A DNA stretch of 64,000 nucleotides from an uncultured Verrucomicrobiae bacterium (GCA_963707025.1 CAVPOM010000005.1:352001-416000); one strand, 5' to 3'. Shown: positions 30,851 through 41,544, counted from the first letter of the stretch. Numbers and translations: made by a program. Notes: generated from the sequence alone by a model not told the origin.

Positions 30851-33102
30851 AGCCCATTCTGGCACGGCTCTTCTCCATTGGCATCTCGGGGGCGGTTCTT
30901 CATGCCCTCACCGGCCACGCGCAAACCGCCCCCGCCTGGCAACCCGCCAAAGCCCCGCTGATGACGCGTTGGGCTTCCGCGGTCGGTCCCACCAATTCTC
31001 ATCCGGAGTATCCGCGTCCGCAATTGGTTCGGCCAGACTGGCGAAGCCTTAATGGCTTGTGGGAGTACGCCGTCCGCCCGATTGCCTCCGCGCCGCCCGA
31101 AAAATACGACGGCCGGATTCTGGTGCCGTTTCCTGTGGAATCGGCTTTGTCGGGCGTGATGAAGCCGTTGGGCGCCAGGGAGGCGCTCTGGTATCGGCGG
31201 ACGGTGCAGATCCCTCCGGAGTGGAAAGGCCGGCGCATTCGCCTGCAATTCGGAGCCGTGGACTGGCAGTGCAAGGTCATCGTCAACGGCCGCGAAGTTG
31301 GCCAGCATCGCGGCGGCTTCGACCGGTTTGCCTTCGACATTACAGACGGCCTCCATTGGGACGGCCCTGAAGAGATCGTCGTCATGGACACCGACCCGAC
31401 CGAGGGCGATCAACCCCGCGGCAAACAGTCCCTCCATCCGCAGGGCATTTTTTACTCGTCCAATTCGGGAATTTGGCAGACGGTTTGGCTGGAGCCGGTG
31501 CCTGAGGTCTGCATAGACGGCTTATGGATGATGCCCGACCTGGAGGCCAAGGGATTGCGCCTGCGCGTGGCCGTCAACAGTCTGGCCGATGACCTGCAGG
31601 TGGAGGCGGTCGCCTCGGCTGACGGGGTCGGCGTCGGACGAGTGACCGGCCCGGCCGGCAGGGAACTGGTCCTGCGCCTGGCCAACCCAACGCTCTGGTC
31701 CCCGGATTCGCCATTCCTCTACGATTTGCAGGTCACACTGAAAAAGGGCGGGCAGGAGGCGGACCGCGTTTCCAGTTACTTCGGCATGAGACAGATCGCC
31801 TTGCTGGCGGACGCCCAGGGTATCGCGCGCATTATCTTGAATGGCCGGCCCTTGTTCCAAATCGGCACCTTGGATCAGGGGTTCTGGCCGGACGGTATTT
31901 ACACCGCGCCGACCGATGAGGCGCTCCGCTCCGACCTGGCCTTTCTCAAAGCCGCCGGTTTCAACTTGACACGAAAACACGTCAAGATCGAGCCGGACCG
32001 ATGGTATTATTGGTGCGACAAACTGGGACTGCTGGTGTGGCAGGACATGCCCAGCGGCAACAACGCCACCCCGGAAGGACAGCGTGAATTCGAGGCCGAA
32101 CTGCAGCACATGGTCAAGGACCTTTACAACCACCCCTCCATCATCCTCTGGGTTCTTTTCAACGAAGGCTGGGGGCAATATGACACGCAGCGCCTGACCC
32201 GGTGTCTCAAGACGCTGGACCCCTCGCGCCTGGTGGATGACGCCAGCGGTTGGGCCGACACGCATGTGGGCGACATTGCCGATGGCCATAGCTATCCGGG
32301 GCCGCCCCCTCTCGAACCCGAGGGCCGGCGCGCCACCGTGGTGGGTGAGTTCGGAGGCTTGGGGATGATCCCCGAGGGACATTGTTGGTCCGCCAGCCGA
32401 AACTGGGCCTACCGAATGGAACCGGACGCCGAGGCCCTGAGAAATGACTATCTCCTCCTGCTGCGGCAAGTTTGGAGTTTGCATCACCTGCACGGCTTAA
32501 GCGCCGCGGTCTATACACAAACCACGGACGTGGAAACCGAATGCAACGGCCTCCTCAGCTACGACCGGGCCGTGTCCAAACTGCCCCCGGAAATCCTGGC
32601 CCAAGCCAATGCCGTTGGGCGCGACCAAATCGCCGGGCGTGTGATTGTTCCGGACGCAATCTCCGCCAATGTATCGTGGAGCTACACCTTCCAGGCGCCT
32701 GGACCGGAATGGTTTAGACCCGGTTACAACGCCGCGGGCTGGAAAGAAGGAGCGGCTGGCTTCGGCACACCCCGCACGCCAGGCGCACTGGTCCACACCA
32801 TTTGGAACACGGACGACATCTGGCTGCGGCGGCAGTTCACACTCGGGGCCGAGGACCTGCGCGGCCTTAAATTAGAGGTGCACCACGACGAAGACCTCCA
32901 GGTTTATCTCAATGGCGTGCTCGCCGCCGAACTGCCGGGCTTCATCGAGCAGTATGGACAATTCGATTTGCGCCCGGAGGCGGTCGCCGCACTCAAGCCC
33001 GGCCTCAACACCCTGGCGGTTCATTGCCACCAAACGGTCGGGGGCCAGTACGTTGATGTCGGATTGATTGTGCCAGACGAGCCCAAACCGCCGGCGCGCT
33101 AG
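30847..33102 (+). CDS. GH2 glycoside hydrolase with C-terminal jelly-roll module
   Basis: PEYPRPQ, LDQGFWPDG, RKHVK, LFNEGWGQ, GEFGG. Paralogue of the 17728 gene. Confidence 0.88.
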   Translation: MKPILARLFSIGISGAVLHALTGHAQTAPAWQPAKAPLMTRWASAVGPTNSHPEYPRPQLVRPDWRSLNGLWEYAVRPIASAPPEKYDGRILVPFPVESALSGVMKPLGAREALWYRRTVQIPPEWKGRRIRLQFGAVDWQCKVIVNGREVGQHRGGFDRFAFDITDGLHWDGPEEIVVMDTDPTEGDQPRGKQSLHPQGIFYSSNSGIWQTVWLEPVPEVCIDGLWMMPDLEAKGLRLRVAVNSLADDLQVEAVASADGVGVGRVTGPAGRELVLRLANPTLWSPDSPFLYDLQVTLKKGGQEADRVSSYFGMRQIALLADAQGIARIILNGRPLFQIGTLDQGFWPDGIYTAPTDEALRSDLAFLKAAGFNLTRKHVKIEPDRWYYWCDKLGLLVWQDMPSGNNATPEGQREFEAELQHMVKDLYNHPSIILWVLFNEGWGQYDTQRLTRCLKTLDPSRLVDDASGWADTHVGDIADGHSYPGPPPLEPEGRRATVVGEFGGLGMIPEGHCWSASRNWAYRMEPDAEALRNDYLLLLRQVWSLHHLHGLSAAVYTQTTDVETECNGLLSYDRAVSKLPPEILAQANAVGRDQIAGRVIVPDAISANVSWSYTFQAPGPEWFRPGYNAAGWKEGAAGFGTPRTPGALVHTIWNTDDIWLRRQFTLGAEDLRGLKLEVHHDEDLQVYLNGVLAAELPGFIEQYGQFDLRPEAVAALKPGLNTLAVHCHQTVGGQYVDVGLIVPDEPKPPAR

Positions 33103-33449
33103 CGCCTTGAGTTCGCCAAAAAGGCGTCTTCAATATGAGGAAGCATATTGTGAAAAAAACAGACGGAATGCTGAATCCCGGCAATGGCGCCTTTCCAATA
33201 AAACCGCAGCCATGTCACCCCGCCGGGATGCCATGAACTGGTTTGCCTCCCGCAGTGGCCGTTTTATTCAAACTGCTCCAGAGCATTTTTATTCAGGATT
33301 ATGAACGTGATGCCAAAACGAATTCGTCTCGACCCCGCCGACCCGGTGGAAAGCCATGAAAAGAGGGCTTCGACCAGCGCGGAGCCAGGGCACGCCGCGC
33401 GGCAGGCGGTCGGCCAGCCGATGTGTCGTTGACAGCGGCTTCCGGGGGC

Positions 33450-35723
33450 TCATCGGCGATTAAGGTTCGCCGGGCTTGCGGAATAGGGCAGGTCCTCGTC
33501 CCGGATGGGCCGCATATTCGCCTCAGGTCCCATGACCAGGCGCAATTCCCCTCCTTGCAGCAGGTCCTGGTGGCTGATCCAGGTCCGGTTATCATCCGCA
33601 CCATTCAATTGCCGCTTTTGCACATAGACATTCTTTTCATTGTTGGACGAAGCGGTGATGACAAAGGTTCGGTCTTGCGGCAGATGCAGGGTGATTTTTG
33701 GAAACAACGGGCTGGTGAACATATAAGCCGGCGTGCCTGGACAGAGGGGATAAAGGCCGATGGAACTCAACAAAAACCAGCTCGCCATCGAACCGTTATC
33801 CTCGTCGCCCGGAAAACCCGCTGCCCCGGAACTGAACAATTCCGCGCACACGCGCCGGGTCCAATACTCCGTTTTCCAAGGCTGGCCAATGGCGGCGTAA
33901 AGATAAAGCACGTCGAAGACCGGCTGGTTGCCTTGGTCATACTGTCCAAACTTGGCAATGCCCATCTCCCGCATTTCGTGAATGATCGAGCCGTAGCCGC
34001 CCTTGTGAAAAACCGGGGGCAGCCCCATCATTTCATCCAATTTGGCCGCCAGCTTTTCCCGGCCGCCGAGCAGAGCGGCCAGACCGGCGGTGTCATGCGG
34101 CACAAACCAACTGCTTTGCCAGGGGCCTCCTTCCGCATAAGGGCCGCCCCAGGCAAACTGGTCAAAAGGCTTGACCCAATGACCTTTCGCGTCTTTGGGG
34201 CGCATAAAGCCAGTGCCGGCATCCCAGAGCCGGCGGTAATTTTGGGAGCGCGCCATCAGTTTCTTGTAATCTTTCCGCTGGTTCTGCTGTTTGGCGATTT
34301 GCGCCACACACCAGTCATCGTAGGCATAGTCCAGGCTGGCGGAAACGGCATAGGTGCTCGCCCCGTCCGGGATGTAACCGAGTTTGAGATAGTCAGCCAG
34401 ACCCCTTCTGACCAGGACTCCCTTGGCGGGCGGTTGATAAGCGCTTTGCCGCAGCGAGGCATAAGCCTTGGCTACGTCAAAACCCTGGTTGCCCTTGACG
34501 ATGGCATCCGCAAAAATCGCGGCGCAGTGCTGTCCGATCATGCAATCGCGATAACCCGGGCTGGGCCATTCCGGCAGGGTCCCGCCCTCCTCCGCCGCCT
34601 TGACAAATCCCTGAAGTATTTCGTTGAGTTGGGCCGGGTAAAGAATCGTGATCAACGGAAAAGTCGTGCGGAACGCATCCCAAATGCCGATGTCCCCGTA
34701 GAGAATGCCTTCATGAACCTGGCCATCATAGGGACTGTAATGCCGCGCTTTTCCGGCGGCATCCAACTCGTACAAACGGTGGGGAAACATCTGCGCGCGG
34801 TAAAGGCAGGAATAAAACGTCTTCTTCTGCTCCGCACCGGCCTGGATTTCAATCCGGCTGAGATTGGCTTCCCAGGTTTTTTGAACTCGCGCTTGCACCG
34901 CGTCGAACCCTCCGCCGGTTTCCGCCTCCAGATTCTGCCCGGCTTGCTCCCAACTGATCAGGGAGGTTCCAACCTGCATTTCCACCGGATGGCCGGGCGC
35001 GGTTTGAAACTCCACATACGCCGCCACATTGTCGCCTTTCCCCGAAGACCGGCCGGTCGCGGTGTTGCTCACATAGACGTCGGTTTTGGTAAGATCGCGG
35101 TCCAGCTTGACCACAAAGTAGGAGGCAAAATCTCCGCTCACTCCCCCGCTGTTGGTCCGGCTCAATCCGCGGATGGTGCGACCCTCGATCTTTATCTCCG
35201 ATCCACCGCAGGCATTGAGGATCAACCGGCCCGTTTCCCCTTGATGATAGGTAAGCCGGAAGACCGCACCCCGTTCGCTGGCGGTCAATTCCACGGTTAT
35301 TCCCCCCTTCTTAAGATCCAACTTTTCATAGTCGGGCCGTAAAACCGCAGTGGCCGTGTCGTATTCGGACATCCGGGCCTGCGCATCCATCTGCAAATCG
35401 CCCGACTGAGCCATCAAGACAAACTGACCGTAATCGTCAATCCATGGACTGGGCTGATGCGTGGCGCGAAATCCATCTATCTTCCCATTGGGCTCGAAAA
35501 ACCAACTCCCCTTGGCATTTTCAAGGGACCAATCCATCATTCCCCAAGGCGCGCCCACCAGCGGCAACGTGTTGCCATGAGACAAATCGGGATGGGAATC
35601 AGTTCCTTGGAGGATGTTGACATACTCCAGCCGGCCAGCCCCCTCGGGGGAGGCGGAGGCGGCGGCGCGAACCGCCGGATGAAAAGCCAGTCCCAGAAAA
35701 ATGAGCGGGAGGGTTTTATGCAT
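33450..35723 (-). CDS. GH92 alpha-mannosidase-like protein
   Basis: GNTLP, HQPSPWIDDYG, WDAFRT, CMIG, LDYAYDD, QGNQP, PGDEDNGSMASW. Confidence 0.92.
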   Translation of the reverse strand: MHKTLPLIFLGLAFHPAVRAAASASPEGAGRLEYVNILQGTDSHPDLSHGNTLPLVGAPWGMMDWSLENAKGSWFFEPNGKIDGFRATHQPSPWIDDYGQFVLMAQSGDLQMDAQARMSEYDTATAVLRPDYEKLDLKKGGITVELTASERGAVFRLTYHQGETGRLILNACGGSEIKIEGRTIRGLSRTNSGGVSGDFASYFVVKLDRDLTKTDVYVSNTATGRSSGKGDNVAAYVEFQTAPGHPVEMQVGTSLISWEQAGQNLEAETGGGFDAVQARVQKTWEANLSRIEIQAGAEQKKTFYSCLYRAQMFPHRLYELDAAGKARHYSPYDGQVHEGILYGDIGIWDAFRTTFPLITILYPAQLNEILQGFVKAAEEGGTLPEWPSPGYRDCMIGQHCAAIFADAIVKGNQGFDVAKAYASLRQSAYQPPAKGVLVRRGLADYLKLGYIPDGASTYAVSASLDYAYDDWCVAQIAKQQNQRKDYKKLMARSQNYRRLWDAGTGFMRPKDAKGHWVKPFDQFAWGGPYAEGGPWQSSWFVPHDTAGLAALLGGREKLAAKLDEMMGLPPVFHKGGYGSIIHEMREMGIAKFGQYDQGNQPVFDVLYLYAAIGQPWKTEYWTRRVCAELFSSGAAGFPGDEDNGSMASWFLLSSIGLYPLCPGTPAYMFTSPLFPKITLHLPQDRTFVITASSNNEKNVYVQKRQLNGADDNRTWISHQDLLQGGELRLVMGPEANMRPIRDEDLPYSASPANLNRR

Positions 35724-35880
35724 AGGGCGTTACTTTAAGGCGTTCAATTTTTTGTGCAAGTGCCGGTTCCGAACGGCACTTGGATTCTTCTATTTTTGCA
35801 TCAGGCAAAGGGAAGCACCGGCAGCATCTTTGTTCCCCAAAAAAACTCCAAATCACCCGGATTGCCGTGGATCGGCCTGC

Positions 35881-38082
35881 TTATTTGCCCGAGTAAGACA
35901 CGCGCCAAAGCGTGTTGTTGCCATCTTCGGTGACGAGCAAAGCCCCATCGCGGGCCACGGCAACGCCGACCGGCCTGCCCCAGACGCTGGTGTTGTCCAC
36001 GACAAATCCGGTCAGAAAGTCGTCGTATTCCCCCGTGGGCACACCGTGGTGACAGCGCACCCGCACCACTTTGTATCCGGTGCGATTGCTTCGATTCCAC
36101 GAGCCGTGGAACGCGGCAAAAATGTCGCCGCGGTAATCTTCGGGAAATGCGGCCACCCCCGACGCCGCCGTATAGAAAGTCATCTCGAGCGAAGCGGAGT
36201 GGGACTGCACCGGAACATCGGGCACCGTCACCCGCCCGGCCAAATCAGGCCGCTCGCCCGCGTGGCGGGGATCTTCGTGATTGCCCAGGTAGTACCAAGG
36301 CCAGCCATAGTAACCTCCCTCTTTGACCCGCGTGACATAGTCCGGAACCAAATCGTCGCCCAAGGCATCGCGTTCATTGACCGAAACCCACAAGTCGCCT
36401 GTCTGCTGATTCACCGCCATCCCCACGCCGTTGCGGATGCCAGTGGCGAATGAGTGGAGGGGCTCATGGCCCTCCGGATCGGTCACCACGATGACGGCGC
36501 GATTGCTTTCCGAATCCCAGGAGGCGCCCAGACCGTGTTCCGCTTCCCACTGGCGCGCCTCGTCCACGGTTTTCTTCTTCATGTCTTCGGCCACGTTGGA
36601 GCCGGAACCGATGGAGATAAACATGCGCTTGCCGTCCTTGGAGAAAGCCACATCGCGCGTGGTGTGTCCGCCCGTGCTGCGAGTCAACCGCGGCACCACG
36701 ACTTGGGCGGCCTCCGGCGCCTTGAGGCCGCCACTGCGATAAGGGATGCGCACGACCGAATTATTGTTGGCAACATAAAGCCACTGCGGCTCGCCGCCGG
36801 GAGGGTAGAAGGCAATGCCAAAGGGCCGATCCAGACCCTCAGCGTAAACCTGGTTTTCCGACGGAGCATCCGCCCCGTCCGCCGCCCGCATCACCCGGAT
36901 GCGATTGGCGCGCGTTTCCGCGATGAAGATATCACCGTTGGGCGCCACGCGCAGCAAACGCGGTCCCGACAGACCGGAAGCAAACAAACGAATCGTGAAG
37001 TTCGTCGGGACGGACAATTGAGCCTCCGCCGGCCGCGGCACGACGCGCGGGTTGTTTCCGACCGATGCCGTGCTGAAGGGCGCGGGCAACGCCGCCAGAT
37101 CAACGCGATGCTGCACGCCGGGAGCGGCGTGGCGCCAATCTCCCGGATCATTGGCGGGCAAGGGCGCGTTGCGCGCGGTCGTCGCGCCGGGCGAACCGGC
37201 TGCCGGCGCGGTCAGCGTGGCCAGATAGGCCAGCAAATGGGTTCGATCTTCCTTGTCCGGAACCAACACCAGCATGGTGGTTCCCGGGACGGCGGTCATC
37301 GGATTGGCCAGGAAACGATCCAGCGCAGCCGCGCTCCAAACCAAGCCGGCGTCGGACAGGGCCTTGGTATAATTGAAATTGGGCGCGGAGGCGGCGCGCC
37401 GCCCAACCACCCCGGCCAGGCTGGGTCCCTGGCCTCCCACGGCCGTGTTTCTTGGTCCTCCTTCCGCCGCGTGACAAAGCGCGCAATTCTGCTGAAAGAA
37501 CGCCCGGCCAAGCCTCACGTTATCCGGCGCGCCATTGCCGGCGACAATTTGTTCCGGGAGAGAAAGATCAATCATCGAAGCGCCCGGAGCATCGGGAATT
37601 TTCAGCCGAAGAAACGGTTTCCCGCACGCCCGGTGACAGGCATAACACCCCGCCATCGTCTCGCTGTAAGCTGTCTTGAAGCCCTCCATGTCCTTCTGCT
37701 TGATGGCGGTATCCACGGCCGCAAGAAAAGTATTGGTGACAGCTTGCAAAATGCCGTTCAAATCCACCGGCTCTCCCGATTCCGCCGGGCGAAATGGGCG
37801 AATTTGCACCGCCCATTTGAGGTGGGACTGGGAAGTGTCCAGGTAATATTTCGCCAGCGGCCAATTGGTATTCTGCGCGGCAAACCAGAGATTGGCAAAG
37901 TGGTAGCCGACATCGGCCATGGCGTGGGCCTGGTCGGGCTGGGTGCTTTGCAGATTATTTTGATCGCCTTGCCGGGCATGCGCTTGCGGGACAAGTGGTC
38001 CCGCCGTCATCGCCACGGCGCAAAACTGCCGCGCCAAACTTGCCAAAAGACCCTTCCAACTGCGCTTGGGTGAATTGCACAT
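35881..38082 (-). CDS. PQQ-dependent sugar/sorbosone dehydrogenase fused to two c-type cytochrome domains
   Basis: CYACH and CALCH haem motifs, GPSLAGVVGR..FNYTKAL (cytochrome c2-like), then GIRNGVG, NERDALGDDLVPDY, YGWP, HGSWNR. Confidence 0.85.
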   Translation of the reverse strand: MCNSPKRSWKGLLASLARQFCAVAMTAGPLVPQAHARQGDQNNLQSTQPDQAHAMADVGYHFANLWFAAQNTNWPLAKYYLDTSQSHLKWAVQIRPFRPAESGEPVDLNGILQAVTNTFLAAVDTAIKQKDMEGFKTAYSETMAGCYACHRACGKPFLRLKIPDAPGASMIDLSLPEQIVAGNGAPDNVRLGRAFFQQNCALCHAAEGGPRNTAVGGQGPSLAGVVGRRAASAPNFNYTKALSDAGLVWSAAALDRFLANPMTAVPGTTMLVLVPDKEDRTHLLAYLATLTAPAAGSPGATTARNAPLPANDPGDWRHAAPGVQHRVDLAALPAPFSTASVGNNPRVVPRPAEAQLSVPTNFTIRLFASGLSGPRLLRVAPNGDIFIAETRANRIRVMRAADGADAPSENQVYAEGLDRPFGIAFYPPGGEPQWLYVANNNSVVRIPYRSGGLKAPEAAQVVVPRLTRSTGGHTTRDVAFSKDGKRMFISIGSGSNVAEDMKKKTVDEARQWEAEHGLGASWDSESNRAVIVVTDPEGHEPLHSFATGIRNGVGMAVNQQTGDLWVSVNERDALGDDLVPDYVTRVKEGGYYGWPWYYLGNHEDPRHAGERPDLAGRVTVPDVPVQSHSASLEMTFYTAASGVAAFPEDYRGDIFAAFHGSWNRSNRTGYKVVRVRCHHGVPTGEYDDFLTGFVVDNTSVWGRPVGVAVARDGALLVTEDGNNTLWRVSYSGK

Positions 38083-38260
38083 AAACGGACATTATCGCAT
38101 CATCCCGGAAGATTCAATCGTCCGTTGCTGGACAGCCCCGCACTGGCGTCGGCGATGGGTGGCGGGCCTTGGAATGATGGGGCCGCATTTTTGGACTCCG
38201 ATTCTCCGGACTCGCGCGCGGAAACGGCGTGCCGCATAGCGCTGCATTGGGCAGATTTCA

Positions 38261-39421
38261 TCAAGCCCGCCACGCTGGGACAGCTTTAACCATGGTCCAA
38301 ACCATTTCGTCCAGGTTGAATCCCTCCGCCCGGGTATTGGTGAAGGCGGCCCAGCATAACCCGCTGGCGGTGCGCACCAGGATGGTCAGGGTTCCCGGCA
38401 AGCTGCCACTGTGCCACCAGTTGGGAACGTTGTTGACATTCCAGCCACAAGCATAATGAGGGTTGGCCGTGCTGGCTGTGGTCATGGTCTTGAGGGTGTT
38501 CCCGCCAAGGATATTCGGCGTGCTTTTGAAACCATCCACATGCATGGCGAATTGAACCAGGTCGCCTGACGTGGCAATCCAGCCTCCATGCGAATCCATG
38601 CGAGTGACATTCATGTTGTAGGGATTTGTTCCTGAGCCTGCCTGCCCGTAATAGACCACTTCGCCCGCAGCCCGTTGCGCGGAGGTGTTTCCGGCCAGGC
38701 GCATGTCGTTGATGCCGCATTTGGCAAGGACAGTTTGCTGCACAAACTCCGCGTAAGACTGCCCTGTGATTTTCTCGATCACGCGTCCCAAAAGGCAAAA
38801 GCCAAAGTTTGAATAGGCGTAGTGCGTGCCCGGGGCATATTGCAATGGCAGGTTGTGAACCGCCCAGGTGATGAGTTCCTTGTGGTTCATTTCCGGCCTG
38901 CTGAACATCGGATCGCGTCCGCTGTTGTCCCAGCCGCCGCAGGTATGGGTGAGCAAGTGGTGCAGGGTTATCTTGTTGACAACCTCGGGGTAGTCTTTCC
39001 CGTAGTCGAACTTGAAGAGTCCTTGCGCGCCGAATATCAAATCATCCAGCCCCAGGCGGCCCTGTTCGATCAGGCAGAAAATGGCGACGGACGTGATCGG
39101 CTTGCTGACGCTGGCGATGCGGAACAAGCTGGCAGGAGTCACCCGCTCACCGGCGGCTTTGTCGGCGTAACCAAATCCTTTCTGATAGACAAATTGTCCG
39201 TGCCGGGCAATCGCCACTGAAAGGCCAGGCGCATTGTATTTGGTCATATATTGTTGCGCGATGGCCGCGATGGCCGCCGCCTCGCTTTCTCGGGGTGTCG
39301 GCTCCTGAAATACGCCTCCCATCGCAAAAACCGGAAGTGGCCGGGAAATGGCCGGCAGAACGCTTGCGGCGGCGGTCCACGCCATTTGCTTCAAACAGGT
39401 GCGGCGGGTTACTGTCTTCAT
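38261..39421 (-). CDS. Serine hydrolase, beta-lactamase/PBP family, Tat-like signal
   Basis: TRRTCLK, FRIASVSK (SxxK), LLTHT, YSN, HSGSLPG. Confidence 0.88.
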   Translation of the reverse strand: MKTVTRRTCLKQMAWTAAASVLPAISRPLPVFAMGGVFQEPTPRESEAAAIAAIAQQYMTKYNAPGLSVAIARHGQFVYQKGFGYADKAAGERVTPASLFRIASVSKPITSVAIFCLIEQGRLGLDDLIFGAQGLFKFDYGKDYPEVVNKITLHHLLTHTCGGWDNSGRDPMFSRPEMNHKELITWAVHNLPLQYAPGTHYAYSNFGFCLLGRVIEKITGQSYAEFVQQTVLAKCGINDMRLAGNTSAQRAAGEVVYYGQAGSGTNPYNMNVTRMDSHGGWIATSGDLVQFAMHVDGFKSTPNILGGNTLKTMTTASTANPHYACGWNVNNVPNWWHSGSLPGTLTILVRTASGLCWAAFTNTRAEGFNLDEMVWTMVKAVPAWRA

Positions 39422-39529
39422 AACTTTTTCTTCGGATAAATAATCCAACCATTTGCAGGGCAAAAATTTACAGGATTTTCAATAAACAGAAGGCAGGATT
39501 CGTTGGTGGCGAGCCTGACCAGCCAGGCG

Positions 39530-40900
39530 CTACTTTGCCAGGTCCAGGCAGACCAGCCGGTCTTCGTCGCGCAGATAGAGCCTTTTTTGCGAGAGCACCG
39601 GCGCGGCCCAGCAGGGATAACGCAATACCGGCACCTGAAAATGGCAAATCTCTTCCGGCTGCACGGGGTTGGGCTTGAACAAACCAAGCAGTCCGCCTTC
39701 GCCAATCGTGATCAACTTCCCGTCCGCCAGAATGCTCGAGGCCCGGCCGTACACTCCCGGCGTCCGCGTGCTGTGCGCCGGCCAGCTTTCGTCCAGCTCC
39801 CACTTCAGTTTGCCCGTGCTCAGTTCCACGCAACGCATCCGGGCATCGGGTTCGTTGCGGCCGCTGAACGCATAAAGATAACCGTCCAGACAAATCGGAG
39901 TGGCCCAGTGAAGTTCCAGTGCGTCCCCGCGCCAGACTTCCTCCACGCTCCTGCCGTCCGGCTTCTCCCGCAGCAGGACCGAGCCGATTTTGTAGTAAGC
40001 CGCGGAAATGAAAATCAAATCATCCACCACCACGGGACACATGGCATTGACCGACTCGTTGACGGTCGAACAGAACCAAAAGCTGAAGTTCACCCCGCCC
40101 GTTTTGGGATCGAGCGAAACCAGCCCCTGGCGCGTCAAGCAAAGGACCTCCCGCCGCCCATGGATCGTCGCCGCGACCGGGGTCGAATAGCTGGCCTGCT
40201 TGTCCCAGGATTTCCAGCGCACCCTCGGTTCGCCCGGCCAGCCCGTCATCGGCACGCCTTGCCAATTGGCCTGGCCGACGCTTTGCCAAACCGTCCGGCC
40301 GCTCCCGGGCTCGAGCGCCACCAGGCCCGCATTGGGTTGTCCGCCCACCATCACGATGAGCAAGCCCTCATCCAGAATCGGTGTGCTGCCGACGCCGAAA
40401 AAGGCTTCCGGCACCTTGAAGTCAGCCGCCGTATCGCGCTGCCACACCAGCTTGCCGGTTTGCAGCTCCAGGCAGGTCAGCTTGCCTTCCGCGCCAAAGG
40501 CATAACAAAGATTGGAAGTGAGCAGCGGCGTGCAACGCGGGCCGTTGTTGTAACCGTAGGGATCTATGAAATGGCTTGGGTAACCGAAACGCCAAAGCGA
40601 TTTCCCGGTGTCGGCGGCAAAACATTCCACGACCTCCTCGTTGCCAATGCGATGGTGCAGCACCAATCTTTGACCGAGGACCGAAGGAGCGCCATAGCCC
40701 TTCCCGACACCCTTCTCCCAAACCACGGCCGGCCCGTTCGCCGGCCATTTGTCCAACAGCCCTGTTTCATCGCAAACCCCATTCGCGTGCGGCCCCAGAA
40801 ATTGCGGCCAATCCCCAGCCCACCCCTGGGCGGGGGCGCAACAACCGAGCATCAGGCAAAGGCAGAAGCTGCGAATCATGCCGGGCTTACCATACCGCAA
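39530..40900 (-). CDS. PQQ-binding-like beta-propeller repeat protein
   Basis: DWPQFLGP, repeated TGKxxW units, WAAPVLS..LYLR. Confidence 0.85.
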   Translation of the reverse strand: MRYGKPGMIRSFCLCLMLGCCAPAQGWAGDWPQFLGPHANGVCDETGLLDKWPANGPAVVWEKGVGKGYGAPSVLGQRLVLHHRIGNEEVVECFAADTGKSLWRFGYPSHFIDPYGYNNGPRCTPLLTSNLCYAFGAEGKLTCLELQTGKLVWQRDTAADFKVPEAFFGVGSTPILDEGLLIVMVGGQPNAGLVALEPGSGRTVWQSVGQANWQGVPMTGWPGEPRVRWKSWDKQASYSTPVAATIHGRREVLCLTRQGLVSLDPKTGGVNFSFWFCSTVNESVNAMCPVVVDDLIFISAAYYKIGSVLLREKPDGRSVEEVWRGDALELHWATPICLDGYLYAFSGRNEPDARMRCVELSTGKLKWELDESWPAHSTRTPGVYGRASSILADGKLITIGEGGLLGLFKPNPVQPEEICHFQVPVLRYPCWAAPVLSQKRLYLRDEDRLVCLDLAK

Positions 40901-41544
40901 TTGAAGACGGGATGCATCGGGTCTTTTGCACGAGTTTTTGTCGCGCCGCCGCCGCTGGGTCCATCAGTCCCTCCCACCTGCCCCTCACGGATTGACGGCG
41001 CCCGCCTTCAGTGTGTCATCCCCCGTCCTCTCCTCAATCCTCACATCCATCTTCCCGGCTTGGCGACCGTCGGACCGTCGCCCATTCACGCCACCGGCGC
41101 GATCCAGCAAGGGCAGGCGAACCAATTGCCTCAGTGAACGGTCCGAGACACAGGAGGCAAAGTCCGGCCTGCCTTGGGTGGCCAGGCCAAGCCGACGGCA
41201 ACCGCGCCCCACGACCAAACCCGCCACAAACAGTGCCAATCGCCCACAGGTGAGGGAAGCGATGCGCGCATCGAGAAGAACCATCGGATTCACGCAGCTT
41301 ACGCCTAAAGGGAGGAAGCAAAACCGCCGATAAGTGAAGTGTGCCAGCACAAACCTAACCGGTGTATGGATCCGAATCGCATCATCCCGGCCGGACGCAA
41401 GGGGTTTTTCGCGGAGGACGACCTGATTGTCAGCCAACGGACCCGCGCGGCGTCCTCCCCTGCCCAAACGATGTGCGCCTTCTTCGGAAACGAAGATTTG
41501 ACCTGTCGCTTGCCCAATGGCAAGTCTCTCCACGACTGACGATT

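Noticed and set aside
33103..33449. AT-richer spacer with inverted repeat CAATATG-N6-CATATTG (33131-33150)
   Set aside because: Single weak repeat between convergent genes, with no transposase or second copy seen.
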